Shown: in pieces, positions 59,596 to 64,000 of the stretch
Layout of the letters: each line of letters begins with the position of its first letter
Position numbering within the stretch: position 1 is the stretch's first letter
Assembly (NCBI GenBank): GCA_002269645.1
Contig: NIVC01001564.1
Coordinates: forward strand, 62,001-126,000
DNA from: Macrostomum lignano
Lineage: Eukaryota
DNA length: 64,000 nucleotides
Reading direction: 5' to 3'
The notes under the pieces: generated by a model
The model's input: the letters and a program-made list of their open reading frames with translations, nothing else
What the model was told of the DNA's origin: nothing
The model's database searches: none
Translations under genes and position numbers: made by a program

Positions 59596-59611
59596 GGAAT
59601 CTACTATAAAA

Positions 59612-60000
59612 AGCTTGATGAACTTTGGCGTCTCACAGGCGTTGGTTTAAAGAATTGCCTCAAGATCGCAAAGGCCGTCACCTGGGCGATGCTGCTCTAT
59701 GAGTGCGAGAGCTGGACTCTGGGGAAGAAAAGTGTGGAGACACTCAAAAGCGTTTGAAATAAAATGTTATGTCAGAAGAATGCTAAGGGTTTCATGGAAA
59801 GAGAAAAAGACAATGCCTGGGTTTGGAGGAAAGTGAAGGAGGTTTTGGGAAAGGAACCAGAATCTGTGGTGGAGATCATTAAGCGGAGAAACCTCAAATA
59901 TTAACGGACATCGGAGGAGATTTGAGGAATATTCGAGGAAGGAAGCCATGGCAAATGTCTGCACTTCTCAATGAGAAATGGAAGGTGAAAGAAGAAGAAT
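59612..60000 (+). mobile_element. Degraded RTE-clade LINE RT 3' fragment
   Basis: LLYECESWTL...LKAFEIKCYVRRMLRVSWKEKKT with frameshifts. Confidence 0.8.
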
Positions 60001-60259
60001 AAGGCATCGACCGCCCGAAAAGCATGTCCTGTATGGCGTCTGATAATGACTGTCTGCTGACAGATGCTGATTGAGGGGCTATTGAACGCTCAATAACTCA
60101 CATGGCAATTACAAGATAAAAAATTGTTGCCAAGCGTCTAAAATATCGCTTCCAATCAGCCGAAGAAGTCCACAGTCGGCGGCCAACGGTTAAGCGCGGA
60201 GGTCATTAGCAAGCAAGACCTGGATCAGGAGTCCATCGCAGGTGACGGTAAATCCAGCC

Positions 60260-60622
60260 AATTTTTTATTAGCTAGAGGCAGGGGGGTTGTGTGCACCCT
60301 GGCACACTTTAAGCGACATTGTCACACAACCGGCGAGAGGCATTACTGCCCATTCCGCCGACTCCCCTGAGCAGGCATACAAGCGCGCGGATACGTACGC
60401 AGGCACACACACAAGAGTGTACAGCGGCCCTAACTTTATATTATCGTTAGGCATGTACACTTCACTGTGCCTTGGGGGGTTGGCTCTCAAGGCCGTTAAT
60501 TGCACGAGCAGAGCCAAGCCGAGATTCCAATTCAGCCCCAAATTAATGTGACTGCACTTGGAATCGAGCCTGGGTCGCTGGCACACCAGAGCAGCTGCGC
60601 TACCGCTGGGCTACGGCCCCCC
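60260..60622 (-). mobile_element. tRNA-derived SINE family B, copy 2
   Basis: Collinear with 39504-39862; 11-bp TSD TAAA(T/G)CCAGCC at 60249-60259/60623-60633. Confidence 0.9.
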
Positions 60623-61039
60623 TAAAGCCAGCCTAGCTATAGCCAGCCTCTCGCCTATTTATCGAAGACCAAAGTGGCTGAATGAGGACACCAAAAAGAA
60701 AAAAAACGGCCAACTCCAAAAGTCCGACACCCGCGTGCAAAAAGAGGCTACAGAGACTTCGTCGCTATAGCAGGCACGAGGCAAAGATTCTTCAATCAAG
60801 CCTGCTGCCCTACCAGCAAAAGCCGGGTTGCGTGTGACGTACGTCAGCTGGAGAAAACTGGAAGATTTCGTTAAGCACTGGTTCCGAAGCTCGTCTTCCC
60901 ACAGCGAATCTGTCGCGAAAAATCGGATATACGAGCTATTTTCAAAATCTTCGTTTCATCAAATCAATGTCTTCAATCGAACAAGATTTTTAGCTATATT
61001 ATAGTAGGAAAAATATAGTAGGAATAAAAGCGACCTGCA

Positions 61040-62139
61040 CTACTGGTAAAGATCAGGCGAGTAGAAAGCTGCGTACATACCGGGGGAAATTCTGGTGCCA
61101 GCTGCTGTTTGTGGACTTGACTTCTTTTTACACACACACAGAGTTAGTAAGAACTGTTCCAGTGTTGTACAGGTGACAGTAGACGCCGCCTGAAGAAAAT
61201 GTTGGGGTAGTGCTGGTACACTCCGTTCAGATTTATAAACGTGCAATACCCAAACCACCATCCAGCTGAGTACTGATGAGAGCAGCTGCCAGAACCGAAG
61301 CCGTCATTGTCGGAGTCCAGAGTGCTGAATTGCTTGTTGTTCGGAGACAATTGCAGCTCAGTCCGCTGTCCGACACGCTCGACCTGCTCGCGTCCAGAGG
61401 TCCCATCGAGCACCTGTACTTGTCGCTCGCTGGACCAACAGAGAACGGAGCATTCTCAGCCCAGTACCAGGTGCCGTTCCAGTCGCTGAACTCCCAGCGG
61501 ACTCTCCACACTCCAGTGGCGGTGAGCTGGTGGAGCTGCTCCAGTCCCATCCAGTAGTTGAGACTCTCGCCCTGACCGAATCCGCTCGCGTAGTCCGCCC
61601 AGTTTCGGTTGAAGCTGACGGAGCCGTCGACTCTGTGCTGGAAGGTCGTCCAGCACTTCACCGGCTTTCTCATCTGCAATTTGGTGCTGCATTTTGTTTA
61701 CGCATATTGATGCGGTGCTGCATTTCGTGCACGCATATTGATGCGGTGCTGCATTTCGTGCACGCATATTGATGCGGTGCTGCATTTCATGCACGCATAT
61801 TGATGCGGTGCTGCATTTCGTGCACGCATATTGATGCGGTGCTGCATTTTCATGCACGCATATTGATGCGGTGCTGCAAAGTGCAGTGCAGAAGCCACAA
61901 AGCAAAGCCCAGCTCACTCACCCACAGTTGAGACAGGCTGCGGCGTCTATCGCTCCCCGATCGCAGGCCAGCAGCGAGCAGGAGCCCGAGGCCGCGTTCT
62001 TAGCAATCATCGTACAGTGAATATCGCTGATGGCCAGCTTCATCGCCAGCACTCGGTACTCGGCGAGGTCACCTCACTGGAGCTCCCAGCCGGAGTCTGC
62101 GGCCACAGCAGTCACCATGACAGCAGAGAATGAATGCAT
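61040..62139 (-). pseudogene. Fibrinogen C-terminal domain (FReD) gene, apparently disrupted
   Basis: WTTFQHRVDGSVSFNRNWADYASGFG...YWMGLEQLHQLT and FSTLDSDND...GWWFGYC...NLNGVY lie in different frames (shift at about 61340). The upstream exon 61922-62139 has an in-frame TGA at 62074-62076. Confidence 0.75.
61682..61878. repeat. 31-nt minisatellite in the FReD intron
   Basis: (TGCACGCATATTGATGCGGTGCTGCATTTCG)n. Confidence 0.95.
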
Positions 62140-62512
62140 GGCGTTACTGGACAAGAAACTTCTTCAGATTGATATGAACTTGGAACTGCTTGTTCTTTCG
62201 GTTTTCTGCAGCAAAGATAGATATGCGTTTTGAGCCTCACGGATAGCACCGTTTTATATCAAAACTGCCCAGTGCCGTGTCGCCTACCAGCATTTTTGAG
62301 CGTGCATTCCGTAATTGACCAAGACAGGCAGTTTACCAATCTATTATCTTGAGTAGCTTGCCCCGTTAGGAATCCGGATTTTCAAGATCTGTCAACAGGA
62401 ATATGAGATACTTCCAGGATCAGAGAGCAGTTGGCGATTTATTTACTATATTTTTATTACATCATGCGCAACTGAAGCAGAAAGAATCTGCATTCGATTT
62501 TTTAAGAAATGA

Positions 62513-62640
62513 GCTGCATGTGGAGGCCGTTAAGTTAAGTGTCTTGCGCTCAAGGACACAAATTTTTTCAGTAGGATCGGAAATCGAACCCCGACCTTCA
62601 AGTCATGAGTTCGACGCTCTAACCACTAGGCTACAACCCC
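62513..62640 (-). mobile_element. tRNA-derived SINE family A, copy 2
   Basis: GGGGTTGTAGCCTAGTGGTTAGAGCGTCGAACTCATGACTTGAAGGTCGGGGTTCGATTTCC head plus the same core as 27242. Confidence 0.87.
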
Positions 62641-63546
62641 CTAGCAGTTCTCTGCAGTTGCTAAGGAACTGCGTGCATGAAAAGAATTGATTTTGAATGA
62701 TCAATTTGAGAAATTGACGAGCGAACGAACAGAGACACAAACTCCCCTTGAGCAGCCTTGAGAAATGTCTTGAACGAGTCTAACAGTCTAGATGGAGCTG
62801 AGATCAGTCTCCTTTTTGGTGTTTCAATTTTTTTTACGAACAAACACAGGGACCTAATTGTCTTAGCATACAATATTTTTGCTAGAATAAATATATAACA
62901 AAGGAGACTTTCTAACTCCAGATTTTATACCGAGAGCACCTTGAATCGCATACAACAGTTTGGGGCAGTAGCTAATGCCCTTTTATGCCAATTAACCAAA
63001 GTGGATTTTGATTCCAAAGTGGAGGAAGCGGTTTATAAATTGACTGCAGGTGATACAGGTACGTGTGACCTTAGCCCAGCAGGATATTGTGTATAAACAG
63101 CCTTACCGGATCAAAGCAGCTGTTGTTGCAGTTTATTAATTAAATAGGCCAAAGTTCCTGATGATCCGAGATGTGTTTTTGTTCAATAAATACTGCTGAA
63201 TAATAAATAAATGAATAGGCAAACTTCTACATGCCAGACAAGCGCAAAATATGAAACATTTTTGGAATATGCAAAAAGCACAGTAATGAATCATGCAAAA
63301 TTGCTGTTTTCTTTACATGAAACTCGATTGCTTATCTGCCTTAACGACTGCCCCACCGATTGCCCCACCGGTTGCCCCACTAGTTGCTCCACCGGTTGTC
63401 CTACTAGTTGCTTCACCAGTTTTCCCACTAGTTGCTTTATCGGTTGTCCCACTAGTTGCCCCAACGGTTGAAATATTTCAAGCTAAAATTAAGCCGTTAA
63501 ATATTTAGCCAGTCAGTCAGTCACAGGCTTCAGTGTGTGCTGCTCT

Positions 63547-64000
63547 ATGGCAATTTGCCATGGAAACAGTCCCAGCAAAACCGGTTGCTATGGAAACAGC
63601 GCCAAAAACAAACTCGGTTGCCATGGAAACAGCGCCAACAACAAACTCGGTTGCCATGGAAACAGACTCATCAGCACCGGTTGCCATTGAAACAGCCGAC
63701 TCGCGGCACCCCATCCCCAGCGATCGGCTCCGCCTCCCCGTGACGGAGCTGCGGAACGGCGCCCTGCAGTCGGCGCTGATGCTATCAGTGTTGAGTGGCC
63801 GTGCCGACCTCGCCGAGCGGCTGCTGTCGCTGGATCCGTCGCAGGTGCAGCGGTACTACGACAGCGGAGGGCGCAACCTGAGCCATCAGTGGCTGCGGCG
63901 GTGGTCGCCCGGCTACTGCGGCTGCTACAAGACAGCCGGACATTGGTGGCGGGGCTGCGGGCCTCCCTGACGATGCCTGACGGCGGCTGGCGAACGCCGG
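63547..64000 (+). pseudogene. Inverted partial paralog of the ankyrin gene with a 22-bp frameshifting deletion; runs off the window end
   Basis: Collinear with 57830-58260 (reverse complement); CTGCACTACTGCGCTGCCGCCG is missing after GGRNL at about 63880. Confidence 0.85.

Overview
Eukaryotic (metazoan) genomic DNA: GC-rich spliceosomal exons separated by AT-rich introns and spacers packed with minisatellites and transposon debris. The style suggests a Macrostomum-like flatworm (inference only). Genes reconstructed by hand from splice sites: the last exon of a DNAAF5/HEATR2-like gene (+), a complete 5-exon PP1 catalytic subunit (-, 327 aa), a rhodanese + dead dual-specificity phosphatase (MK-STYX/STYXL1-like, -), an orphan single-TM exon (+), MXRA7-like (+), 4-exon YIF1 (-, 355 aa), 3-exon OMA1 (-, 396 aa), an ankyrin-repeat gene (-) with an inverted frameshifted paralog, and a disrupted fibrinogen-domain gene. 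Mobile DNA includes a 14.7-kb Sola2-type DNA transposon with perfect 20-bp TIRs, a 4-bp TSD and an intact transposase. Nested inside it are a head-to-tail pair of minisatellite-filled Helitrons and a Gypsy 5' LTR/PBS/gag fragment. Also present are a piggyBac pseudogene, a Penelope fragment with inverted ends and a decayed hammerhead, two tRNA-derived SINE families and RTE-LINE fragments. Top leads: (1) a 276-bp hAT-type MITE carrying the 28S rRNA H69-H71 segment, scrambled exactly at the R2/Pokey/I-PpoI site; (2) the compound Sola2 element; (3) phased arrays of RFX X-box motifs doubling as 'VAMET' protein repeats. All homology calls come from remembered motifs; no searches were run.
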